From Candidatus Omnitrophota bacterium (GTDB lineage: Bacteria; Omnitrophota; Gorgyraeia; Aquiviventales; JACQRC01), in NCBI GenBank assembly GCA_016206665.1, contig JACQRC010000089.1, positions 8,393-72,392 on the forward strand: a stretch of 64,000 nt of DNA, given 5' to 3'. This document shows positions 55,934 to 64,000 of this stretch, piece after piece (position 1 is the stretch's first letter; each line of letters starts with the position of its first letter). Under the pieces are notes generated by a model. That model was not told the origin of the DNA, searched no databases, and was given only the letters and a program-made list of their open reading frames with translations. Position numbers and translations under genes: made by a program.

Positions 55934-57355
55934 TTAAAACCAAGATTGGATGGCGGTCGTGGCGAGGGCGAGGAAGGGACGCTGGAAGATGCCGACACCG
56001 AGGATGCCGGCGAGGCAGGCATAGAGTACGAAGCGGTAAGGCAGACCGACAGTGAGTTCGGTATCCTCCCGGGCGGGGCGCAGGTAGATCTGCTTGATGA
56101 CCAGCAGGTAGTAGTAGAGCGAGATGACGACATTGACCGCGCCGATGGCGGCCAGCCAGAAGAGCTGTCCCTGCACCGCCGAGAGGATGAGCAGAAACTT
56201 GCCGAAGAAACCCGCCAACGGGGGTACTCCCGCCAGGGACATGAGCGCCACAAACATCGCGGCGGCCAGGAAGGGTGAGCGCTGGGAGAGGCCGGCGTAG
56301 TCCTCGATCCGGTCGCTGCCGATGCGCTGCGAGACCGCCACGACCACCAGAAACGCCGCACCCGTCATCAGCAGATAGGCCAGCAGGTAGAAGAGCACCC
56401 CCGCCGTGCCCAGCACGCTGGCCGAGGAGAGCCCCATCAGCAGATACCCCACGTGGCCGATGGAGGAATACCCTAACAGGCGCTTGATGTTTTTCTGGGG
56501 CAGGGCGGCGAGGTTGCCATAGAGCATCGTGGCGCCGGACAGGGCGGCCAGCACCCACGTCCACTGGGCGTGGAGCGGCTGGAGCGTCGTCAGGAGCAGA
56601 CGGAGCAGCGCCGCAAAGCCGGCCGTCTTGGAGCCGACGGCGAGAAAGGCCGCAACCGGCGTGGGCGCGCCCTCGTACACATCCGGGACCCAAAGGTGAA
56701 ACGGCACCATCGCGATCTTGAAACCGAGACCGGAGAGAATCAGCAGCATCCCTAACAGCACGGCGGGCGTGGGCGGGTGGGTCATCAGGTGGAGGGTGAG
56801 CTCGTCGTAACGGGTGTGGCCGGTCTGGCTGTAGAGCATGGCGATGCCGTAGAGGACCGAGGCGGAGGCGACCGCGCCGAGGATGAGGTATTTCAGGCCG
56901 GCCTCGATCGACCGCGCGTCCGTGCGCACATAGGCGGTCATGACGTAGAGGGAGAAGGTGAGCAGTTCCAGCGAGACGAAGAGCAGCGTGAGGTCGGCGG
57001 TGGCCGTGAGCAGGCTCATGCCGGTCGCGGCGAGCACCAGGAGCAGGTACAGCTCGCCGCGCGGGCCGGGCAGGCGTCGCAGAAACTCGCGCGTCATCGT
57101 GACCACTAACAAAGAAGCTCCGAGAATGAGGCCCTTCATGTACCAGGCGAACCGGTCGAGGACGGCGAGGCCGTAGAAGCCGGTGCCGGAGGCCCCGCGC
57201 TGGTGCCACCACAGCGCGAGGATGAGCAGCAGCCCCACGGTGGTCACCGCGCCGAGGCGCTCCTGCTGTTCGCGTGACCAGACGAGGTCCAGCGCCAGGA
57301 CGATGAGCGCGAGCGCCGCGAGGGCCAGCTCGACCGCGAGGATGGGCCAGTTCAT
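55934..57355 (-). CDS. nuoN: NADH-quinone oxidoreductase subunit N
   Basis: EAGLKY, FKIAMVPFHLWVPDVYEGAPTP, KRLLGYSSIGH. Confidence 0.93.
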   Translation of the reverse strand: MNWPILAVELALAALALIVLALDLVWSREQQERLGAVTTVGLLLILALWWHQRGASGTGFYGLAVLDRFAWYMKGLILGASLLVVTMTREFLRRLPGPRGELYLLLVLAATGMSLLTATADLTLLFVSLELLTFSLYVMTAYVRTDARSIEAGLKYLILGAVASASVLYGIAMLYSQTGHTRYDELTLHLMTHPPTPAVLLGMLLILSGLGFKIAMVPFHLWVPDVYEGAPTPVAAFLAVGSKTAGFAALLRLLLTTLQPLHAQWTWVLAALSGATMLYGNLAALPQKNIKRLLGYSSIGHVGYLLMGLSSASVLGTAGVLFYLLAYLLMTGAAFLVVVAVSQRIGSDRIEDYAGLSQRSPFLAAAMFVALMSLAGVPPLAGFFGKFLLILSAVQGQLFWLAAIGAVNVVISLYYYLLVIKQIYLRPAREDTELTVGLPYRFVLYACLAGILGVGIFQRPFLALATTAIQSWF

Positions 57356-58869
57356 GGCAGCACGCCTCCGGCCAGCATGGTGGAGGCGCCGATCCGCTGG
57401 AGCAGCGCCCGGGAGCCGGTGTCGATGATCGGCAACAGGCCGTTCGGCCAGCAGCCCAGGATGAGCAGGGCCACGATGAGCGCCACGAAGGGCAGGCGTT
57501 GGAAGGGCGTCGTGGCGTCGCGCAGCTCATCCCAGCGCGACAGTGTTTCGCCGAAGAAGCCGCTGCGCACGAACCGCAGGAGATAGGTCGCGGTGATCAC
57601 GACCCCGAAGACCGCGGCCACCGTCTGCCACCGGTATTTTTCCCACGCGCCCACGAAGATCAACAGCTCCGCCACGAAATTGCCGAAGCCGGGCACGCCC
57701 GCCGAGGCCATCGCCATGAAGGAGACGGCGGTCGCGATGAAGGGCAGCTGCTTCGCCAGCCCGCCCCAGTCGGGCAGCATCCGCGTGTGCGCCTGGTCGT
57801 AAATGAAGCCGATGAGCGCGAAGGCGAGGGCCGTCATCCAGCCGTGGGCGACCATGAGATAGACCGCGCCGTTGAGGCCGATGATGTTGAGCGTCGAGAG
57901 GCCGAGCAGGACGTAGCCCATGTGGCTCGACGAGGAGTAGCCGATGATGAACTTGGCATCCTGCTGCGCCATGGCGACGAGGCCGCCGTAGATGATGTTC
58001 ATGATGCACACCGTCGCGACGAGTGGCAACCAGGCGGCCGCGCCCTCCGGCAGGAGCGAGATGGCGATGCGGATGATGGCATAGGAACCGAGTTTCATGA
58101 GGACCCCGGCGTGGAGCATGGAGACGGCGGAGGGGGCGGCGGCGTGGCCGATCGGGCTCCAGGAGTGGAAGGGCCACAACGGCGCGATCACGCCGAAGCC
58201 GATGAGCAGGAAGGGAAAGATCCAGCGCTGGAGCTCGGGCGGCAGCGGATGCAGCGCGAGGTGGTGTTCCAGCGCCGGCAGGCTGAAGGTCGAAATCCCC
58301 GAGCCGCCGTAGAGGACCAGCAGCCCCAAGAGCGCGAGGACGGCGCCGCTCGTCAGGTACAGCGTCAGCTTCATCGTCGCGTATTCTTTGGAGTAGGCGT
58401 TGCTGGCGTCGCTGCCCCAGATGCCGATGAGCGGGTACATCGGGATGACGGCCATCTCATAGAAGAGGTAGAAGAAGAAGAGGTCGAGCGAGGCGAAGAC
58501 GCCGAAGACGCCGGTGATCAGGGTGAGATAGAACAGGTAGTACTCCTTCACCCGCTCCTTGATCGAGTACGAGATGAGCACGCCGGTCCAGGCGCACAGC
58601 GCATGGAGCAGGAGCATGGCGACGGAGATGCCGTCCGCGCCGACATGGAAGGCGATGCCGACTTGGGGCACCCAGGGTATCTCGGTGACGAACTGGTAGC
58701 CGCCGGCCGCACGGTCGTAGGAGCCGACGAGTATGAGCGCCAGCGCCAGCGAGACGGTGGTTGCGGCGACGGCGATGCGGCGGACCCACGCCTCCTGGGT
58801 GCGCGGCACGAACAACAGCAGCGTCATGCCGAGGGCCGGGGCGCCGAGGATCCAGGAGACGAGGTTCAT
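57352..58869 (-). CDS. nuoM: NADH-quinone oxidoreductase subunit M
   Basis: GADGIS, FYEMAVIPMY, HAAAP..SMLHAGVLMKLG. Confidence 0.93.
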   Translation of the reverse strand: MNLVSWILGAPALGMTLLLFVPRTQEAWVRRIAVAATTVSLALALILVGSYDRAAGGYQFVTEIPWVPQVGIAFHVGADGISVAMLLLHALCAWTGVLISYSIKERVKEYYLFYLTLITGVFGVFASLDLFFFYLFYEMAVIPMYPLIGIWGSDASNAYSKEYATMKLTLYLTSGAVLALLGLLVLYGGSGISTFSLPALEHHLALHPLPPELQRWIFPFLLIGFGVIAPLWPFHSWSPIGHAAAPSAVSMLHAGVLMKLGSYAIIRIAISLLPEGAAAWLPLVATVCIMNIIYGGLVAMAQQDAKFIIGYSSSSHMGYVLLGLSTLNIIGLNGAVYLMVAHGWMTALAFALIGFIYDQAHTRMLPDWGGLAKQLPFIATAVSFMAMASAGVPGFGNFVAELLIFVGAWEKYRWQTVAAVFGVVITATYLLRFVRSGFFGETLSRWDELRDATTPFQRLPFVALIVALLILGCWPNGLLPIIDTGSRALLQRIGASTMLAGGVLP

Positions 58870-60758
58870 CGCAGCACGTTGACGTAGATGAGGGCGGTCA
58901 TGCCGAAGAGAAAGACGAGCACGTAGAACTGGACCCGGCCGGTCTGGCACAAGCGCAGGAGGCCGCCCGCCGTGCGCGTGACCCAGCCGGTGCCGTTGAC
59001 CAGGGTGCCGATGAGGATGAACCGCTCAAAGAGGCTGCACAACTTGGCTGCCGTCTGCTGGACGCGCAGGACCAACCAATCGTAGAAGGTGTCGAAGCCC
59101 AGCTTGTCGACGAGGGCTTGGTACACGGCCATGCCCCGCTGGATGAGTTGCTGCTCCGTCATGACCTGCCGGTAGTAGATCTGGTACGCCAGCCACAGCC
59201 CGGTGCTCATGGCGAGCACCGAGATCACGGCGACGATCTCATTGAACCCGACCTGGACGCCGTGCAGCTGGTGGAGGTACTCGGGGATGCCGAGATAACC
59301 GGCGATGATCGTGAACACCGCCAACACGACGAGCGGCACGGTCATGACGGGCGGTGATTCGTGGGCATGCCCGCCCCGGCCAGCGTGATTGGCGGGCCGG
59401 GGGAGATGGCTGCGCGGCTGGCCGAAGAAGACGACGAAACAGGCACGGCCCATGTAGAGGGCGGTGAGCCCTGCCGTGACGATGGCCACGATGCACAGCA
59501 GCCAATTCTGATGCCAGGCGAGGGCGAGGATCTCATCCTTGCTCCAGAAGCCGGACAGCCCCGGAAAGCCCGCGAGGGCCGCGGCACCGATCAAGAACGT
59601 CCCACCGGTGACCGGCATGGTCTTAAGCAGCCCGCCCATCTTCCAGATCTCCTGCTCGTGGAGGGCGTGGATGACGCTGCCTGCGCCGAGAAAGAGCAGG
59701 GCCTTGAAGCAGGCGTGGGTCGTGAGGTGGTACATCGCGGCGACCGGGCCGCCGAGGCCGGCGGCCATGACCATGTAGCCCAGCTGGCTCAGCGTCGAGT
59801 AGGCGAGGATCCGTTTGAGGTCATTCTGGACAAAGGCCATGCAGCCGGCGAGGAAGGCGGTGATGCCGCCCACCCAGGCCACGACGGAGAGCGCGATCGG
59901 TGCGGCGTCAAAGAGAAAGAAGACGCGGCACAGCAGGTACACGCCGGCCGCGACCATCGTGGCGGCGTGGATGAGGGCGGAGACCGGGGTGGGGCCTTCC
60001 ATGGCATCCGGCAGCCAGACGTGGAGCGGCATCTGCGCCGATTTGCCGAGGACGCCGCAAAAGATGAGCAGGGCCCCGATGTTCAGGAGGTTCTGTGGCA
60101 GGTAGCCGTGCTCGATGACATCCTTGAGGGCGGGCAGCGCAAAGGTGCGGTGCGCGCCGCCGAGCGGGTCGGAGACGGACCACAGCAGCAGGATCCCGAG
60201 CAGGAAGCCGAAGTCGGCGACGCGATTGACCATGAAGGCCTTCTTGCCGGCATCCGCCGCCGCGGGCCTCTGGTACCAGAAGCCGATCAAGAGATACGAC
60301 GCCAATCCCACCAGCTCCCACGATATGAACAGGGTGATCCAGTTGTCGGCCAGCACGATGCCGAGCATCGCGAAGGCGAAGAGCGAGAGACAGGCGAAGT
60401 AGCGCGGGTAGCCGGGATCGTCATGCATGTAGCCGGTCGAGTAGATGAAGATGGCGGAGCCGACGCCGGTCACGACGAGCAGCATTAGAATCGAGAGCGG
60501 GTCGAGCAGGATGCCGAGCGGCACTTCGAAACCGTCGAAGCGGATCCAGGAGAAGGCCTGCTGCAGCGGGAGCGCGGCCCCATGGAGACTGTGCCACCAC
60601 AACGTCACCGCGCAGAGGAAGGAGAGCAGCAGCGAGCCCACTGCCAGCGTCGCGGCGCGCCTCCGTCGCTGCAGGCCGACGAGGGTGATCATCAGGCACG
60701 CGGCGAGCGGCGCAAACCACGCTACCCAGGCGAGGGTGAGCAGGCGTCCGGCTACCAT
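58866..60758 (-). CDS. nuoL: NADH-quinone oxidoreductase subunit L
   Basis: GKSAQMPLHVWLPDAMEGPTPVSALIHAATMV. Confidence 0.95.
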   Translation of the reverse strand: MVAGRLLTLAWVAWFAPLAACLMITLVGLQRRRRAATLAVGSLLLSFLCAVTLWWHSLHGAALPLQQAFSWIRFDGFEVPLGILLDPLSILMLLVVTGVGSAIFIYSTGYMHDDPGYPRYFACLSLFAFAMLGIVLADNWITLFISWELVGLASYLLIGFWYQRPAAADAGKKAFMVNRVADFGFLLGILLLWSVSDPLGGAHRTFALPALKDVIEHGYLPQNLLNIGALLIFCGVLGKSAQMPLHVWLPDAMEGPTPVSALIHAATMVAAGVYLLCRVFFLFDAAPIALSVVAWVGGITAFLAGCMAFVQNDLKRILAYSTLSQLGYMVMAAGLGGPVAAMYHLTTHACFKALLFLGAGSVIHALHEQEIWKMGGLLKTMPVTGGTFLIGAAALAGFPGLSGFWSKDEILALAWHQNWLLCIVAIVTAGLTALYMGRACFVVFFGQPRSHLPRPANHAGRGGHAHESPPVMTVPLVVLAVFTIIAGYLGIPEYLHQLHGVQVGFNEIVAVISVLAMSTGLWLAYQIYYRQVMTEQQLIQRGMAVYQALVDKLGFDTFYDWLVLRVQQTAAKLCSLFERFILIGTLVNGTGWVTRTAGGLLRLCQTGRVQFYVLVFLFGMTALIYVNVLR

Positions 60759-61054
60759 TTGAGCAGGCGCACCTCATCCGCGTTGAGCGTCTTGAGATGG
60801 CGCACGAGCAGGATCGCGATCGCCAGGCCCACGCTCACCTCGGCGGCGGCGACGGTCATGGAGAAGAAGACGAGGATCTGGCCATTGAGGTTGCCCAGAT
60901 AGCGGGAGGCGGCGACGAGGGCGAGATTGGCGGCATTGAAGAGGATCTCGATGGAGAGCAGGAGCAGGATCGCGTTGCGGCGCGTCACCATCCCGACGAA
61001 GCCGATGACGAAGAGCGCGGCGCTGGCGACGAGATAGTGGTGCAGGTTGATCAT
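60752..61054 (-). CDS. nuoK: NADH-quinone oxidoreductase subunit K
   Basis: RRNAILLLLSIEILFNAANL, VAAAEVSVGLAI. Confidence 0.95.
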   Translation of the reverse strand: MINLHHYLVASAALFVIGFVGMVTRRNAILLLLSIEILFNAANLALVAASRYLGNLNGQILVFFSMTVAAAEVSVGLAIAILLVRHLKTLNADEVRLLKW

Positions 61055-61130
61055 GGTTCGACGCGCCCCGCCTTCGGCGTGGCTTGCTCACCATGACCCT
61101 GAGCGAGCCCGTACGGGCGAGTCGAATGGG

Positions 61131-61622
61131 TCACGTGTCGATCCGCCGCTTGGCGAGCACGACCGCGCCCACGATGGCGGCCAGGAGCAGCAGCGACGTC
61201 ACCTCAAAGGGAAGCAGATACTGGGTGAAGAGCAACCGCCCGATCGCCGTGATGGTCCCCGGCGTGTCGGGGGCGGGCGCGGCCGCCGTGAGCCGAAGGA
61301 TGGGCACCAGGACCGAGAGTAAGACCAATCCGGCGCCCACGCCGAGAACGAGCAGGGTGTGCTGCCGGGTGCGCGAGAGTTCCTGCTGGTTCAGGTTCAG
61401 GAGCATGATGACGAAGAGAAACAGCACGAGGATGGCCCCGGCGTAGAGCAGGACCTGCAGCGCGGCGACGAAGAAGGCGTGGAGCAGGACAAAGAGGGCG
61501 GCCACCGCGAACATGCTGACCAAGAGCGACAGCAGGCTGTAGATGGGCGAGCGCAGGGCCACCGCTCCGATGGCGGCGACGAGCATGACGGTGGTGAAGA
61601 GATAGAAAAAGCAGGCTTCCAC
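61131..61622 (-). CDS. nuoJ: NADH-quinone oxidoreductase subunit J
   Basis: QVLLYAGAILVLFLFVIMLL, YLLPFEVTSLLLLAAIVGAV; GTG start at 61622. Confidence 0.92.
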   Translation of the reverse strand: MEACFFYLFTTVMLVAAIGAVALRSPIYSLLSLLVSMFAVAALFVLLHAFFVAALQVLLYAGAILVLFLFVIMLLNLNQQELSRTRQHTLLVLGVGAGLVLLSVLVPILRLTAAAPAPDTPGTITAIGRLLFTQYLLPFEVTSLLLLAAIVGAVVLAKRRIDT

Positions 61623-61636
61623 GTGGGGTCCTGAGG

Positions 61637-61654
61637 TTGTGAAAAAAATCACAA
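61637..61654. promoter_or_regulatory. Rex-like (also CRP-like) operator
   Basis: TTGTGAAAAAAATCACAA between the -10 and the nuoJ start. Confidence 0.75.
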
Positions 61655-61668
61655 AGTTGTGACTTCCA

Positions 61669-61697
61669 ATTATAGAAAACATCTTGTTGATTGTCCA
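61669..61697 (-). promoter_or_regulatory. Sigma70 promoter of nuoJKLMN
   Basis: Minus strand TGGACA-17 nt-TATAAT. Confidence 0.7.
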
Positions 61698-61707
61698 CAT
61701 AAAACAG

Positions 61708-61787
61708 ACCACCGAAGCACCAAAACCCACCGAGCCACCGAATAGACCGGATTCGGTGTTTCGGTGCGCTTCGGTGTCTCGGTGGTA
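61708..61787. repeat. REP-like long hairpin of CACCGA/TCGGTG units
   Basis: Several caccga-type units followed by four tcggtg units. Confidence 0.65.
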
Positions 61788-61874
61788 TGCTTTAGGTACC
61801 CCCCCACTGCTCCCTTGCCAGCTGCCCACGGCTGTGTTAAGCTATTGCACACTTCACCACGGAGTTTCCGACGC

Positions 61875-63014
61875 ATGCCATCAGCCGCCCAGAACGGCGA
61901 GGCGATGGTGCTCATCGCCGACAGTGAACGCGACGCCAACCTGTATTACGCCACCCGCTTTTTGGCTCCCGACCCTTTTATTTATGTGCAGATGGGGGGC
62001 CGGCGCATCCTGCTCATGAGCGACCTTGAGGTGGACCGGGCCAAGGCCCAGTCACGGGTCGATGAAGTCCTGTCGCTCTCCCAGCTCGGGCGGCAGGTGA
62101 AGGCGCGGACGCAGCAGGAGCCATCGGTGCTCGATCTCGTCGACCATCTCTTGCGTGAACGGCAGGTGAAGAGCCTCACCGTCCCCGCCACCTTCGGTGT
62201 CGAGTACGCCGACTATTTTCGGTCGAAGGGCTATACGCTCACGACCAAGCGGGAGCCGCTCTTCGAACAGCGCGCGGTCAAGGCCGAAGAGGAGATCCGC
62301 GCCATCGAGCAGACCCAGCGGGCCACCGAGCGGGCGGTGCAGGCGGCCATCGACATCATCCGGGAATCCGAGATCCGCGGCGAGGAGCTCACCATCGGCG
62401 GCAAACCGCTGACGGCGGAGCAGATTAAGAAGGTCATCAACCTCCATCTGATGCAGAACGAATGCGTGGCCCAGCATACGATCGTGGCCTGCGGGGTGCA
62501 GGCGGTCGACCCGCACAACGAAGGCTCGGGCGTCCTGAAAGCCCATCAGCCCATTGTCATGGATGTGTTTCCCCAGCACGCCCAGAGCCGGTACTACGCC
62601 GATATGACGCGCACCGTCGTCAAAGGGCGAGCCTCCGACAAGGTCAAGCGGATGCAGGCGGCGGTCCTCGAGGGCCAGGCGATCGCCTTCCAGGCGATCC
62701 GGGACGGCGCGGATGGCTCGCTGATTCATCAGGATATTCTGGACAGGTTCACGCGGCTCGGGTTTGAGACCGGCGAGATGGGCGGCCGCATGCAGGGTTT
62801 CTTTCACGGCACCGGCCACGGGTTGGGTCTCGAGGTCCACGAGCCGCCGCGGATCAGCCCGAAGCGGGACATCTTGAAGGCCGGCATGGTCGTCACCGTC
62901 GAGCCGGGGCTCTACTACCTTGACGCCGGCGGGCTGCGCATCGAGGACCTGGTGGTCGTCACCCAGAATGGCTGCCGCAATTTGACCCAGATGCCGAAGG
63001 TTCTTGAAGTCTAG
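61875..63014 (+). CDS. Xaa-Pro aminopeptidase (M24 family)
   Basis: ADMTRT, HGTGHGLGLEVHEPP, TVEPGLY, RIEDLVVVT. Confidence 0.92.
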   Translation: MPSAAQNGEAMVLIADSERDANLYYATRFLAPDPFIYVQMGGRRILLMSDLEVDRAKAQSRVDEVLSLSQLGRQVKARTQQEPSVLDLVDHLLRERQVKSLTVPATFGVEYADYFRSKGYTLTTKREPLFEQRAVKAEEEIRAIEQTQRATERAVQAAIDIIRESEIRGEELTIGGKPLTAEQIKKVINLHLMQNECVAQHTIVACGVQAVDPHNEGSGVLKAHQPIVMDVFPQHAQSRYYADMTRTVVKGRASDKVKRMQAAVLEGQAIAFQAIRDGADGSLIHQDILDRFTRLGFETGEMGGRMQGFFHGTGHGLGLEVHEPPRISPKRDILKAGMVVTVEPGLYYLDAGGLRIEDLVVVTQNGCRNLTQMPKVLEV

Positions 63015-63023
63015 GCCTTCGGC

Positions 63024-63356
63024 ATGATTCACGTCATCACCGATAAGGCCACACCGGAACAGATCAAGGACATGCTTCAGGAGTTAAAGAGCTACATCAA
63101 ACTGGCCGTGGATGTTCGTCGGCGCATGGTGGCCGGTGGTGGATCCCTGCATGCGGATTGCGAATCGGCGCTGCTGGAAACTGACAGCGCGCAGTCCGAT
63201 GTGTGGGGTGCGGACTGGCTGCCGGAGAGCCGGCGGGTCCGCTTTGAGTCGTTGATCAACATTCGGCCCAAGCAAGGCAATCGTTCTATGACCATTGCCG
63301 ATCCCGCGTTGCGGGAGAGCGTGGAAGCCATCGTGCGGGAGCGCTTACAGATCTAA
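63024..63356 (+). CDS. DUF5674-like protein
   Basis: IKLAVDV, HADCE..LL, WGA, SLINIRP.QGNRS. Confidence 0.75.
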   Translation: MIHVITDKATPEQIKDMLQELKSYIKLAVDVRRRMVAGGGSLHADCESALLETDSAQSDVWGADWLPESRRVRFESLINIRPKQGNRSMTIADPALRESVEAIVRERLQI

Positions 63357-63357
63357 G

Positions 63358-63687
63358 ATGGTTTCAGCCACGATTCGGGAACGGTACCTACGCGATCCTT
63401 GGCCCATCCGTCTGGGCGGTCTGGCCGCTGATCTGGCGCGCGTCGCTTCGTTTGCGGACGATCCCAGGGATCATACGGCAGTAGCTGACTTGCTGGAAGA
63501 GGGCAAGTATTTTGCCGAATGGTCAGCCCCAGACGCCCCTGTCGAGATTCAAGCGTCCTTGGCCGAAGTTCAGCGAGATCTGGCGATGTGGCGTCTGCGT
63601 TGGCTGGCAGGACGGCCGGTGCCGTCCATGCGGGAAGCCGCGCAGCGCTGGTCCGATGAGTTGTTGAAGCTGGCTGGATTCGTATGA
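63358..63687 (+). CDS. Hypothetical helical protein
   Basis: Tightly packed ORF; RLGGLAADLARVAS...KYFAEW. Confidence 0.65.
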   Translation: MVSATIRERYLRDPWPIRLGGLAADLARVASFADDPRDHTAVADLLEEGKYFAEWSAPDAPVEIQASLAEVQRDLAMWRLRWLAGRPVPSMREAAQRWSDELLKLAGFV

Positions 63688-64000
63688 CCACGAGCGTCGC
63701 ACCGACCAAAGTGACTCTCAGCCCCGAGCCCATCGTCAAGCTCGAGAACTACTTCCGCGAGCCGTACAACCTGTCGGTGGCGACGGCGAGGACGTGTTAC
63801 TCCTCGAAGATCATCTCGACGGCCGACGTCGCCAAAGATGAGCAGGCCATCGAGCAGCGGGACCGGATCGCGGAGAGCATCTACAAGGCCGGCCATCACA
63901 CGACCATTCAGCACCCCACCTTTCAATTCATCCTCGACAAAGTCTCGCGGCAGTTCATCTGGTCTTTTCTTCATGCACATCCATATTATAATTCGGAACA
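63684..64000 (+). CDS. thyX: FAD-dependent thymidylate synthase ThyX-like protein (5' partial)
   Basis: Hand translation: ARTCYSS...GHHTTIQH..FQF...VSRQFIWSFLHAHPYYNSE; runs off the window. Confidence 0.65.
   Translation, partial: MTTSVAPTKVTLSPEPIVKLENYFREPYNLSVATARTCYSSKIISTADVAKDEQAIEQRDRIAESIYKAGHHTTIQHPTFQFILDKVSRQFIWSFLHAHPYYNSE

Noticed and set aside
15865-63032. Many long antisense and shifted-frame ORFs (e.g. 34079-35473 minus, 55833-57530 minus, 57499-58887 plus)
   Set aside because: Shadow ORFs expected from high-GC codon bias over well-supported genes; no motifs.

Overview
GC-rich bacterial chromosome window; gene style is compatible with a PVC/Omnitrophota-like lineage, but that is inference only. 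It has four blocks. (1) 1-3.3 kb: the 3' end of gltD, msrA, an orphan HigA-like antitoxin, a small-protein/nucleotidyltransferase pair and a split VOC gene remnant. (2) About 3.4-13.9 kb: a visibly AT-richer defence island, followed by VapBC and DUF4258/DUF2283 pairs. The island holds a type III R-M system, two membrane hypotheticals (one bracketed by 46-bp hairpin repeats), a divergent retron-like locus and a DnaQ/PolB-type exonuclease. The retron-like locus runs sigma70 promoter > about 450-nt structured leader > 81-aa ORF enclosed by a long-range RNA helix > XRE HTH > RT. (3) About 15.5-55.8 kb: a self-contained PEP-CTERM/exosortase exopolysaccharide locus. It has Wza/Wzc/Wzx/Wzy-type genes, many glycosyltransferases, CysC with two AlkP-family enzymes, three PEP-CTERM proteins, exosortase, EpsI, a two-component system and rpoN. 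Four sigma54 promoters and a shared upstream palindrome are visible. (4) A stand-alone nuoJKLMN operon with a Rex/CRP-type box, an M24 peptidase, a DUF5674 pair and the start of a ThyX-like gene. The best candidate for a new system is the retron-like locus at 9.3-11.3(12.2) kb, whose RT lacks the canonical NAxxH, QG and VTG motifs. All family calls come from reading motifs by eye; no database search or folding program was run.
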